The notes below the pieces were generated by a model. It saw only the letters and a list, made by a program, of their open reading frames with translations. It did not search any database and was not told where the DNA came from. Made by a program: the position numbers and the translations under genes. A DNA stretch of 63,854 nucleotides, the filler included, from Bigelowiella natans CCMP2755 (taxonomy: Eukaryota > Protista > Cercozoa), in the NCBI GenBank assembly GCA_000320545.1. It is 9 parts of 9 records of this genome, joined end to end, with 100 filler letters (N's around TTAATTAATTAA, not from the genome) between each part and the next. Parts side by side here need not be neighbours in the genome. Positions count along the whole stretch, not along the records: positions 1 to 10,773 come from ADNK01001928.1; positions 10,874 to 19,629 come from ADNK01003411.1; 7 more parts are not named here. One strand, given 5' to 3'. Shown in pieces: positions 1 to 11,921 of the stretch (position 1 is its first letter; every line of letters begins with the position of its first letter).

Positions 1-80
1 TATGTATTGTGCATCACCGCCCCCATAGCTATCCTGATCCTCTCCCCCCCACTCCTCCCCCTCCTCGAATAAATATATAG

Positions 81-158
81 TTAGAGGAGTCTAACGTAAA
101 GATGCAGAAGGAACTATCTGCTTTGAAGGAAAAGATCCAAATTTTTCAGAAGCAGTAA

Positions 159-198
<40 letters not shown>

Positions 199-312
199 AC
201 TTTTGTGTTAAAATAAATCTCTCCATATTGTATTAATTTTTTTCCTATCTTCCATTTATTCTTTATTTACAACATTGAACGAAGTGATGATGATAAAGTA
301 GTTGTATAGTAT

Positions 313-354
<42 letters not shown>

Positions 355-455
355 ATATATATATTTGGATTTGTGCACTTATTGCAGGCGTATCGAAGCA
401 AAAAGTGAAGCCGAAATGGAAATGAAAAACGCGTGTATGTCTCTCCCCTGCAACA

Positions 456-513
<58 letters not shown>

Positions 514-758
514 TCCCACCAATATGCGTGGTGTTGATGATACACAGTGAATAAGCTAAAAGAGGCTCATAAGCAAGAGATGGAGAATCTGGCTGGAATA
601 TCGAAGAGGGCTGAGGTAGCAGTAGTAGTTGTTGGTGGTTGAGGTGGTGGTGTTGATGATGACGATGCTATTGCTGCTGCCGCTGTTGTGCTATGTGACG
701 TATAGAATGATGGATATTATTACTATGTTGCATATAGAATGAAGGAATACATCTAGAT

Positions 759-796
<38 letters not shown>

Positions 797-1505
797 GTTG
801 TTCCCAACAAATTCTATGATAATTTGCTGCTTCCAGGCGAAGAGAAGACCATATTATCTCTTTATAATGCGTTGTTGTAGTTATGCAAACCAGATCATGT
901 TAATTATTGTGTCTTGAGTTGAAGTTGCTGCATGTCATCTCCTATTTGGCACTTCTTCTTTTTCTCATTTGTGGTTGTCGTTGCCTGTTGTTCTTTGCTA
1001 TTATCTCCATCGGTGTACTAGCTCTCGAGCCGTTTAGAGGCTGAATCCGCAACAGAACGCTATAAAAGAGAGATGGAAGATGCTAATGTATGGGCGACTA
1101 ACTCAACATCACCCATTTCATGATTGATTCCCAACAGCAGCACGTGCGTATATACCATCGTCTAAGAGCGTTGTGTATAAAGGGGAGTGTGCTGTAATAT
1201 GACCTAGTACTTATTTTAATGTGTGTAATCATCATCATCATCATCATCATCAACATCATCATCATCGTACTCGCCAACTTATCAGTTAAGACATAAGGCA
1301 GAGTTAAAGGCGGAGAGGCAAAGACACGAAGAGGAGATGAAGGTTGTCTTTGTTCATATTATGTACTACGGTAACAAGCAGCTGCAACACTAATAAAGTA
1401 CCTCCCTCAATGTGCGATTCCTCTTCTTTTCATCTTCTTCTAGGAACTACAAGATCGAAGGAATCAGAAGATGTTGGATGAGAATGCTTCCGATAAGGTT
1501 CTATT

Positions 1506-1554
<49 letters not shown>

Positions 1555-1980
1555 CATTAACTAATATATTAATAGATTAGTGGTAGTAGGGTCAAGTAGT
1601 AGGTAGTAAGTAGTATCCAGAGTGGTAGTAGTACCATTAATTTCGTACATGATGCACAGAAGGAGGCCATACTAGTGTTAGATTTGTTAGATCAATCAAT
1701 GTTAGTTTCAAGAGGGAAAAAAAAGAGGACTAAGAAGGAAGCGATAAAAGATATTCTGTTATATACTTTGAATTGTATCACGTCGATGCACAGCAAATTA
1801 TGCAGTTGGAAACACCACTCACTCACTCACTCACTCACTCACTCACTATAGCAACCAACGGATGGTGATTAGTTTACCACAACCCTTTTTAGATTAATCG
1901 TAAGCCATGTATTACTCATGATTCAAGATACACATTTTACTAACACTGTATGCACATGTCGCACACTCTCTTCTTCTCTT

Positions 1981-2029
<49 letters not shown>

Positions 2030-2328
2030 GTGTGTGTGTTTGTGTGTGTGTTGTGTATGTGTCTATGTAGAGGTCATTGGAAGATAAGCATGCAAAACTT
2101 TTAGAGCAGATCAAGAAGAAGCACACAGAAATGGTTATATGATTTGATTCACTACAAATATATAATAATGATAGATGACGCTGACCTATTATCTCCTGAT
2201 AGTATTCAAAAATAATATCAGTATCAAGTGTCAAGATAGAGAAATTTGTTGTAATTGTGGAGTAATTATAACAGAGTTCATTTCTCCATCAAAACTTCGT
2301 AACGGCCATAATATTATGAAAATACTTG

Positions 2329-2367
<39 letters not shown>

Positions 2368-2423
2368 ATGTGTGTACGTGTGTACGTGTGAATGTTTTGT
2401 AAAATTACCACCCGTATAGAGAT

Positions 2424-2462
<39 letters not shown>

Positions 2463-2586
2463 AACAGAAAGAAAAGAAGACAGACACACGCACCCATCGT
2501 GTAGGAGCAAAGACTTGAACAAGAGAAAGTCCAGTTTGAGAAGAATATGAGAGATAAACTAACAGAAGCTCAAGCTAAACTTCTTG

Positions 2587-2625
<39 letters not shown>

Positions 2626-4054
2626 AAAGTAGTACAAGTAGCACAAGTCGTAATCAAAGGAGTAGAAGTAGGGAAATGAAGACTCTAATTATCAATCCTA
2701 CTAATTTTTTGATTAAAGTCGGAATATAGATATGATGGATGGGACAACACTAAAGATGATGACTATTCATTCTCCCTCTTCTGAGAGAGGACTGAATCGT
2801 CGGTCTTTCATTTCTCCAATTGCTCTATTATTATTATCACCTATAACATCCCATCATCACAATTATTTCGTTTGATAATCAATATCTGTTATTTCTTCCA
2901 CCACTGCTACTATTGCTTACTATTCTCCATGTAAAGAGATGGAAAGAAAACGTGGAGTGGCTGATACAATGGCAAGAGATGAGAAAGAGCATCTTCAAAA
3001 GCAGCTAACAGAGGAAACAAAGAAGCTTAAAAATCTGAGAGTAGATTTTGAAGCTATAACGACGATTGCCAAAAAAGATAAACAGGAAGCCAAAGAACAG
3101 CAAATGCAACTACAAAATAGAATAAAGTCTGAGAATAAGTTCGTCGTTGTTTTGACCTACTGCTATCGTATAATTGGTTAGCATGATCTCTTCTGAATAT
3201 GAGTAGTACCACACTATGTTAGGTTGGGTGGGGGTCTGATAACAATGATAATGATAATAGACTGAGAGGAAGAGGAAATGACTTATGAATATATTTTTTT
3301 CGTGTTATCCTTCTTCAGAGAATTGGAGAATCGAAATGTGCAGCTAGCAAGTGATCAAGGCGAGGCTGTAAAAAAGGTCAGAACGAATGTCACTATTTGT
3401 AAGCAAAGCAGCATTTTTTATACTTTGCAAACAAATTCTTTTTCTTTAAACGTTGGTGTATTGTGCTGTTTGTGTCTATTAAGGTCCAAAATGCATTGGA
3501 AAAGGAACGACAGGTGTGGTTATAATAGTAATTAGTGACATGTTGTTACTTTGTGTATTTGTTCTACATATTTCCTATACCTAATGCTGCATGAGTGGTA
3601 GGCTATTTCACTTCGTTTATCCACCCATATAAATTTGAATAGATGCGTTAGGTTATTTTTAGTCTTTGATCATCATCATTTTATTAATAATGCTTCTTGT
3701 TTGCTGCATCAACCATTGCACTAATGAAGCTTCGAGGTCAAGTCAGCTCTGAGTTAGAGAAGGTATTAGATTCGTGGATTATCTGATGATGATGATGATG
3801 GTGGTGGTGGTGATACTGCTGTGATGTTGTGTCGATATAGGGAGTGGTGAGGTTGAGTTTGGAATGTGAACAACAACAACAACTACTACTACTACTACTA
3901 CTACAACATACTACTGCTACTACAGAATGAGAGAGGAGACATCAACTCGCATACATTATAAAGAGAGATTTATACGGAGAGGGGGGGAGGAAGAGAGAGA
4001 AAGCAGTAGTTCCTGAAGTTTATGGGAGAGCAAAAATGACTTACATGATTTATG

Positions 4055-4087
<33 letters not shown>

Positions 4088-4202
4088 CTAATGCTAATGC
4101 TAATGGTAACTAAAAATTGACTATTGACGATAGTTCAAAAGCAAGCTAGAGGGTGCAGTGGAGCGCTATTCACGTCTGGAGGCTAATCTAGAAGAACTCA
4201 AG

Positions 4203-4233
<31 letters not shown>

Positions 4234-4620
4234 CAGCATATTGCAGACCGATCTTTTCTGAGGAGAAGAGGCCAACTAGTTTGGTGATGGATAAAACAAT
4301 ACCGTAGCACTTAAAAGTATTATACACTCATGTTGTTTATCTCCTATCATCATTTACTACAGAAGCAGAACGTCTTGAATGAAGAAAAGCTTAAATCGAA
4401 ATACGAAGAGTCAAAGACTACACTAGTAGCAGCCAATGAGCGAAATCATTCGCTTATAGTTGATAATCTTAAGATGCTTCAAATTAAAGTAAGAGGGCTT
4501 GAGACAAAGAAGAAGAAACGAACATGATCAATAACCTAATAATTCAAGAAATACTCACTATATTTGTTATATGGTAGTATTATTCTTACACGAAATGATG
4601 ATGTTTGCTGTTTATGTGTG

Positions 4621-4660
<40 letters not shown>

Positions 4661-4755
4661 TACCTTTTAAGGTGCGAGGAGCCATGGCTTGGTCTGCATT
4701 CTCTGGAGACACAAATCTCGATTTTTTGCAAAGTAGATGATGATGATAATGATTG

Positions 4756-4790
<35 letters not shown>

Positions 4791-5037
4791 GTGATGAGGT
4801 TATGTGGACTAGTATTGAATCACTTGAATTAGAAGAATGGATTACTTGAGATAGATGAGCGAGTGATGCCCTCCTCCCACTTATGTTGCTATGATCAGTA
4901 CTGACAATATATAGTACCATATAGATGAGTACTACTTCTGTCATCTTATTCTTCTTGCTATTCTCATATTAGGTAACTTTGGCATTCAAATCATCTCGAT
5001 TAAGAAAATTGAAGTTGCGAAGTTATCAGGATTTGAG
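81..5037 (+). CDS. Multi-exon coiled-coil protein of unknown family (5' end outside window, 3' end uncertain)
   Basis: Series of short AG/GT-bounded exons with E/K/Q/R-rich translations (LEESNVKMQKELSALKEKIQ; VNKLKEAHKQEMENL; EQRLEQEKVQFEKNMRDKL; FKSKLEGAVERYSRLEANLEELK) separated by microsatellite-rich introns. Confidence 0.7.
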
Positions 5038-7046
5038 GTAGGAGGTTAAACTTATATAAATAGTAGTAACACATTAGATCAATGGTAGGAGGAAGAGGTA
5101 TGATAGAAAGTCGTCCAAAAGAATTAATTACTGACTGACGCACACTACTTTAGGATAGAATGTCCAAAATAATAATTACTGACAGACAGACACTACTGTA
5201 GGACGCGCATTTGATTATAAGCGTAGTATCTGGTCAAGGACAACCTCTTGGAAGGGCCTGTCGCTGCGAAGTAAAAGGGGGAGGAGGAGGAGGAGGAGGA
5301 GGAGGAGGAGGAGGAGGAGGAGGAGGCATGGCGCAGATTGTCCTAGGTCCAAAGGGAGACAATGGTTAGTTGTGAATAAGCGAGTATTATTGAAACGAAA
5401 TTAGGATTTTCAAAAACAAACTATTACAACACCATGCGCCGCACTCAAAAGAAGGGATGTTACTCCACCATCATACAATGAAAGTTTTATAAAAAGTGCC
5501 CTTCTCGTCCACAACGCACCAATCTAAAATGAATAGTGACAACCACATGACAGCTAGGAGTAGGGTAGGCAAGTAACAACTACTTGATGAAAATGTATTT
5601 ATCATGACACTGAATACACCTTCCCAGGGCCATATGTATTTGTGGAGCTGAAGCATTCGAAACAAAAGAAAGGATTTGTCAAGGTAACAATAGCAAGTCG
5701 CAAAAAATAACAGTGAACAATAAGGAAGAACACATAGGCAACAATTGACAAAAGTTTTCAAATAAGTAGTCGTCTGTTGGTTTATGGTGATTAATCATGA
5801 ATAAATGTTGGTTAATGATGAAAATATGACTGCCATTCTGTTGCACGTATCAGATGAGCACTCGATGTTTTGCGTTCTACAAGCCGGTAAATCCACATGA
5901 ATGTGGGATTGATCAACTCTTTGGATGCCATGTGTTATTTGAACAATTTGAAATTTTCTCAGCACGAAAAATCAGGGGACTTCGAATTAGTATTTTATGA
6001 AAAGCCCACGGAGTTGACAAGAGATCAAGAAAAACTTCGTTCTCGCAAGAAGATTGGTAGCATTTTTTTTTGATGGTTTCAATTGCAATTCAGTCTTGAA
6101 CAACCTCCTCACATCTCAAGTCGTACCATTGCAATCTTTCTCAGGAAAATTGCTGCTGAACTCCAAAATTGGCACTCCGGGAATGTGATTGAGATGCAGC
6201 AGGGTTTGGCGACATGAGATTGCATCTAAGACCGCATCTGCATGCAGCTGTGGCCGCTGCATTGAACAGCTACATTGGGATGACCTGTAACCATTAAACA
6301 AATTTGATTCATTGATCATTGCATCCGTTTTGCACTCAAAGCCATGCCTTTGTCACCGTGCAAAAGGCATTGCTTCATCGAAAAAGGTGTGCATGGCTCA
6401 AACCATGCTCCTTGCACACAAGGACTCTGTGCGCAATCCTGTGATCATTGCCAAAAGATGCATTCATTTTGCTGTGGCAGTTTGTCAGAGGAAAAATGCT
6501 GCGCAAAAAAAAAAAACAAGATCGCAAGCTTTTTCACATCATTTTTGCGCTCATTCATGCACCAAACATCATTTTGCGAACAATGCGTTCCCAAAACTGC
6601 CATTCAATGTTCAAAGAGTTCGGAATCAGAGTTTGGTTCGCACTTGTGCGAGTCACAGCTCGCGGTCGTGCGTTTGAAACAGGCACAGCACTTTGCATGG
6701 CAAGCGAAGACCAAATTTCATCAAAGGCCAATGCATTTGCAGTGGTTTGTCATTGAGCCAATTTCCTGTCCAGCTGGCCTGGGGTTCTTTTCTCAATCAG
6801 GCCGGGGCGAAATGACGATCAAAACGAGGGGCAAAGTGAGGAAAACTGGTGCCAGAAATCGACCAGGGCATTTTCCAAACAAAAAATGACGCAAATTGCA
6901 ACAAAAATTGGTGTGAGTTTTGTGTCAAAACTGGAATGAGGGTCAAACCAACGAATTTTGGTGTGAAGCATGGAACAGAATCAGCAAATGCGTCAGGACA
7001 AGGGTTGCATTCAGGAAAAGACCACTAGAAAAATCACGGCCACTGC

Positions 7047-7160
7047 TCAGGGTTTGGGTCAGGGTTTGGGTCAGGGATTGGGTCAGGGATTGGGTCAGGG
7101 TTTGGGTCAGGGTTTGGGTCAGGGTCAGGGTCAGGGTTGGGGTCAGGGTCAGTGTCAGGG
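7047..7160 (+). repeat. Array of degenerate telomere-variant repeats (TCAGGG, TTTGGG, ATTGGG, TTGGGG); looser variants continue to about 7570
   Basis: Hexamer periodicity, e.g. tcagggtttgggtcagggattgggtcaggg; no canonical TTAGGG. Confidence 0.85.
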
Positions 7161-7601
7161 TTTTCTCCTGGGCCACGACCAAAGTGACGACCAAAGTGAC
7201 GGTCGAAGTGAGGGTCAAAGTGAGGGAAACTGGTCACAAAAATCGACCAGGGTTTTTTTCAGGGCAAAAGTGAGGACCAAAGTCACGGAAAGTGGTGAGG
7301 GTTTCGTGTCAGGGCTGGGATGAGGGTCAGAGTCACGGTTTTTGGTGAGGAGTTTGGACCAGCATTGGGGTGAGGGTCGGGGTGAGCATCGGGATCAGCA
7401 CTGAAACCAGGAGTGAAACGAGGAGAACAAGTCAGGAGCAGTTTCAGGAACAAAACCACGGCCAAAGTGAGGGGTGCGACAAGGGTCAGGATCAGGATTG
7501 AAATCACGCCCAAATTGAGGGCTGCGACAAGGATTGAAACCAGGGCCAGGACGAGGGTTGGGGTGAGCAAAGTTTTCAGGAAAGTTTTCAGGGATTTGTC
7601 A

Positions 7602-7837
7602 AGGAAAGAACTCAGGAGAACTTTCAGGGTTTTGTTCAGGAAAGAACTCAGGAGAACTTTCAGGGTTTTGTTCAGGAAAGAACTCAGGAGAACTTTCAGG
7701 GTTTTGTTCAGGAAAGAACTCAGGAGAACTTTCAGGGTTTTGTTCAGGAAAGAACTCAGGAGAACTTTCAGGGTTTTGTTCAGGAAAGAACTCAGGAGAA
7801 CTTTCAGGGTTTTGTTCAGGAAAGAATCCAGGAGAAC
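7602..7837. repeat. 36-bp tandem minisatellite, 6 identical copies plus a diverged partial
   Basis: Unit AGGAAAGAACTCAGGAGAACTTTCAGGGTTTTGTTC starts at 7602, 7638, 7674, 7710, 7746, 7782; partial at 7818. Confidence 0.95.
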
Positions 7838-8433
7838 CGCATCACGGAGGAGAATGGGCCCACAGGAGTCAGAGTTCAAGTTGACATCACAAATCGTGTG
7901 CCGTGAAACATTCATGAGCCAGACTCTGATGGGCCCATGGGACCCATGCTCTCTCGTTTTCCACTTCCAACCAAGTGAAGAAATCATTCCCATCATCTTG
8001 ATTGCACTGATCATTCATGCCATGTTGATGATCCCTTCATTTGAATCGGTGACATTTTGTTTCGAGTCGCCATCATCATCATCATCATCCTCATTGCCAT
8101 TGTCATCTGCCATTTCAGATGTTGCGTTCACTCGTTTGCTTCACGTGCAGAGTGTGCAGTGTCAGGTGGCAAGAGTGGTGAAATCACAAAGAAGGGCATG
8201 GCCTTTGCTCACATGGAAAAGAATTGGGGCAACGTCCGCTTGAACACCCACCACGCAAATGATGTGTGAGATGGATGATGATGATCACTCAAAATCATGA
8301 AACAGATCACAATGACACTGTCAACCATGTGGGTCAGTTGAGCATGGAGAGAAATGCTCTGCACAATCGCACTGGACACTGCTGCTTCATGTTTTTCCTT
8401 TTCTTCCTCCCCTAGATCCTTCATCAGAGACAT

Positions 8434-8471
<38 letters not shown>

Positions 8472-10535
8472 GCCCTGCTGCTTGAAGGTTTTCCCAATTG
8501 CTTGGATGTGGTCACAAGCGATTGGCATGATTGACGGTAGCACAGCTGAATGATCACGAAGATGCTTGAGAAACATGATTCTTGTGTCAGCACCACTCAT
8601 TCGCAAGTGATGTTGTCTCATCTGCTCCTTGTCGCAAACTCAGGATCACTCATTTGAGCTGGTAGCTGCTTCCTGCATGGCATCTCATTTGGTACCCAGA
8701 GTGAGTGTGACAGCGCTGAGAGCTCCAAATGTGCACTGGGACTTCAGGCTCTTGAATGAGCATTCTTTCAAGTGCAATCGATGCAGTCTGACCAAAGACA
8801 TGGGTGAAACGATGACTAGGCATCACACACACACATGTGGCAACTAACTGCTTTTTCTCCCAACAACAAAGCACATTCTGACGATCATCCTGACCAAAAA
8901 TCAGCTCAATGAGTCGTTTCCACAGTTGTCATGATGTCGCCTACACATTCACTGATTGGTGGCCTTCATGTCCCCCACCCTTGAGTCCCTCTTCCTCCCC
9001 CCTTTTCCACCCACAGGCACGTGGGACTTTGCTGTTGAGTCCAAAAAAGACGGACGCTTGCTTGCTCTCAACTTCAGTTCTCCCTCGTCGAGTTTCTCTG
9101 AGAGATTGCTCACACCTGCACACAATGGGTTCAGCAATGACACAGGCATTGGAGGTCCATTCATTTGCAAGGAGATCGACAATTGCACACTCGAAAAGAT
9201 GTTCTCATCAAAGTGGTAGTAGCAGTGGCAGTGGTTGTCGCAGATTCAAAACAACAATTCCACAAATTGTGACAATGGCAATGACAATGACGATGAGATG
9301 CCTTGTGCCATCCTGAGAAGTGAGCTTTTTCTTGTGAATGCTTCTTTTCTTTTCACGCCTCAGCGAAAGAGTCTTGCACAGCTCACGTCGATGCATTGGC
9401 CGTGGACACGAGCAGAGACAACAATGAGCAGCTTCTCAAGGCTAGAATCTGTCAGGTTGTCATGAATGCCGAGCACGATTTGGTGTCAAAATCACGGCGG
9501 TGATGTGGGCGTTTCTCATTGTTTGCATGCAAATTTTTTGTTGGTGATGATTTCAGTCTCAGTCTTCAACTGCTCAGGCTGCTCTCGAGTTTGGAGGTGA
9601 ATGTGCAACTTGGTCATGATGGAAAAACAGAGCAGATGCATGAATTGACATGATCAATTGATGCGTTGAAATTTGAGAGCACAACATTGCATCTCGTTGC
9701 CTCTCTGATGCCTGCTGGGGTCAAGACTTCAAAGTGCCAACTTTTCAAACTTTCTGGCATGTTCTCCGAGATGTCAAACCATCACAAATCAAGATGAAGG
9801 TTCAGATGCACCATGATGAGATGTGTGCCATCATGCATGTCCATTGTGAACGCAACAGTTTTCATCTAGCAATTGAAGCTTCTGCACTATGAACAACATG
9901 CATGAATTTGAAGTGCAATGTCAATGTCTCCATGCTTTGCTCACATTTCGACCTTGCTAGCTTGGGCGCATTGCTAGCTAGCTAGATGAATTGTTGGAAG
10001 AAGCACATGGCGAGACTAGGAGGTGGCTAGATGGCGAGAGCATGTCATCAATCCAAACGACACACACATCTAGATGTGTCGACGTTCATCAGGTTTGCCC
10101 ATCACATTCAAGAATCGGCGGCTGCATTCATTTCAAAAATGAATTGACACAGCTGTGGCGCTGCCAAGTCTGGAAGTTGTTGCCCACATCTGATTTAGCC
10201 ATGCTTGCATGCATGCACTTGCACGCAGATGCAAAGTGATGAATGCAGCCACGTTGTGATGGCCATCACGGCCGCACTCATTTCGATGGTTGGCAATTTG
10301 ACCCAGGGATGACAATGTGGAATGTTGATGAGGTAGAAGGTCGCATGTCGGCTCTGTCAACATTTGCAGCTAAGATTCACCAGTCGAACGCATGAAAAGA
10401 CGATTCATTGAAATTCGACAATGCAATGCTCCAATTTGGAGTGAAAAAAATTTCCCTTTGATTCAAACAAAAGTCTAACGCATCTACAAATGTTACGCAT
10501 CCTTCATTGCCTAAAAAAGGAGAGAAAAATGATCA

Positions 10536-10773
10536 TTAGGGTTAGGGTTAGGGTTAGGGTTAGGGTTAGGGTTAGGGTTAGGGTTAGGGTTAGGGTTAGG
10601 GTTAGGGTTAGGGTTAGGGTTAGGGTTAGGGTTAGGGTTAGGGTTAGGGTTAGGGTTAGGGTTAGGGTTAGGGTTAGGGTTAGGGTTAGGGTTAGGGTTA
10701 GGGTTAGGGTTAGGGTTAGGGTTAGGGTTAGTTTTAGTATTAGGGTTACAGTTAGGGTTAGGGTTAGGGTTAT
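10536..10773 (+). repeat. Telomeric (TTAGGG)n array at contig end (about 39 units, last few degenerate)
   Basis: Near-perfect TTAGGG tandem ending at the N gap, G-rich strand pointing outward. Confidence 0.95.
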
Positions 10774-10873
10774 NNNNNNNNNNNNNNNNNNNNNNNNNNN
10801 NNNNNNNNNNNNNNNNNTTAATTAATTAANNNNNNNNNNNNNNNNNNNNNNNNNNNNNNNNNNNNNNNNNNNN
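10774..10873. other. Artificial contig-joining linker
   Basis: 44 N + TTAATTAATTAA (stops in all six frames) + 44 N. Confidence 0.98.
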
Positions 10874-11921
10874 TTTTGCTTATTACAACCGTGATGCCCT
10901 CGCAGGAGTAATGGGAGCTTTGAATTCTGGTTTCACCATTTTCAAGCATATCTTCCTCCAAGGGTGAAATTCTCCGGAGAGGGGAGGGAGTCCTTGGATG
11001 GTCCCGCAATACGTAGACCTTACTTCTCACAATATCAACGACGCTGGCTTCAGCATATGGGAAGTGTGGTGTGGTGGAGGGCGCCGACTCGTATCGTTCC
11101 TGCACTCAATCGCCAACGCTGCTTCTTCCCTGCACCGGAGCGCTGCCTCTAGTAGCTTCGCCCAAGCTCTTTGCCAAGGCAAGATCACACACTGAATCCC
11201 GTGCGATTTTTGAATTATTCACTCTATTTCCGTATCGTAAGCCGGAAAAACCATGGTATTTTGGTCTGCTGAGGTCACAAATCGTTCGAACCCGATCCGG
11301 TTTTCAAATTGGCCCTCAAATCCGCGGGTGGCTGCAGGTGTTTTCAGGATGCGACTAACAACAAATTCCCAACTTTTCATTTTTTTACGGTCAACCACCC
11401 ATTAGCGCACCAAAAGTGTGAAATCGCCGAGGATGGGTTGTCGTTGATCCTTTTTTCTCAATGGAGATTCCTGTGAATGCCGATACTCCTTTTCGATATC
11501 TGGGGCCCGTTTCTTAGTCCCAGCCATTGTGGCGAAAACAGTACTGGGCGTTAAGATATTGCGACTACGGAGCATTTGTTGTTGCTCTTTGGCGCAGAGG
11601 AAAAACATTCGATGTTTTTGGTAATTATTCGCGAAGGAAATAAATTAAAAAACCATGACGCAATCACGGAACAGTCTGCATTTCATGGGGCTAAACAAAA
11701 CTCTCTTTGCATGGCGTTACACGACGTAGGGGTCCGGTCCTGAGATTGGCACTGGTGTACCGACTCGTATTTGTAGTAGTTGAGCTTCTCTCATTTGAGA
11801 ATCCAACCGAGCTCGGCAACAGCCCTGTTCTGTCTGCAGCAGGGTGCATTTTGCGCTTCGTTCTCACCGTTCTCTTTCAACATTCATACAAGCGAGATCA
11901 ACTCGGAATCAGGTTACCGGC

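Larger units (their letters stand above)
6301..10535. other. Subtelomeric TpA-depleted zone (degraded sequence)
   Basis: By manual count, one TA dinucleotide (in CTAG at 7025) in 6301-8411 and about 26 in 6301-10500; TG/CA strongly enriched. Confidence 0.95.

Noticed and set aside
263-550. ORFs made of IYIYIY, VCVCVC, THTHTH, ERERER or VRVRVR runs here and throughout
   Set aside because: Translations of microsatellites and telomeric repeats
7602-7837. 36-bp repeat as a CRISPR array
   Set aside because: Head-to-tail copies with no spacers, eukaryotic context, no cas genes
6312-10363. Many long overlapping ORFs in all six frames (e.g. 7283-8014, 7413-8243)
   Set aside because: TA loss removes TAA and TAG stops and repeats inflate ORF length; no protein motifs recognised
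6301-10535. CpG deamination or classical RIP as the cause of TG/CA richness
   Set aside because: CpG is still common, TA is lost rather than gained, and ankyrin repeat comparisons show Tyr->Cys/His and Leu->Ser
10774-10873. TTAATTAATTAA between N runs as a biological motif, and the telomere at 10536-10773 as interstitial
   Set aside because: The same 100-bp cassette occurs eight times; it is an assembly linker, so the array is simply a contig end
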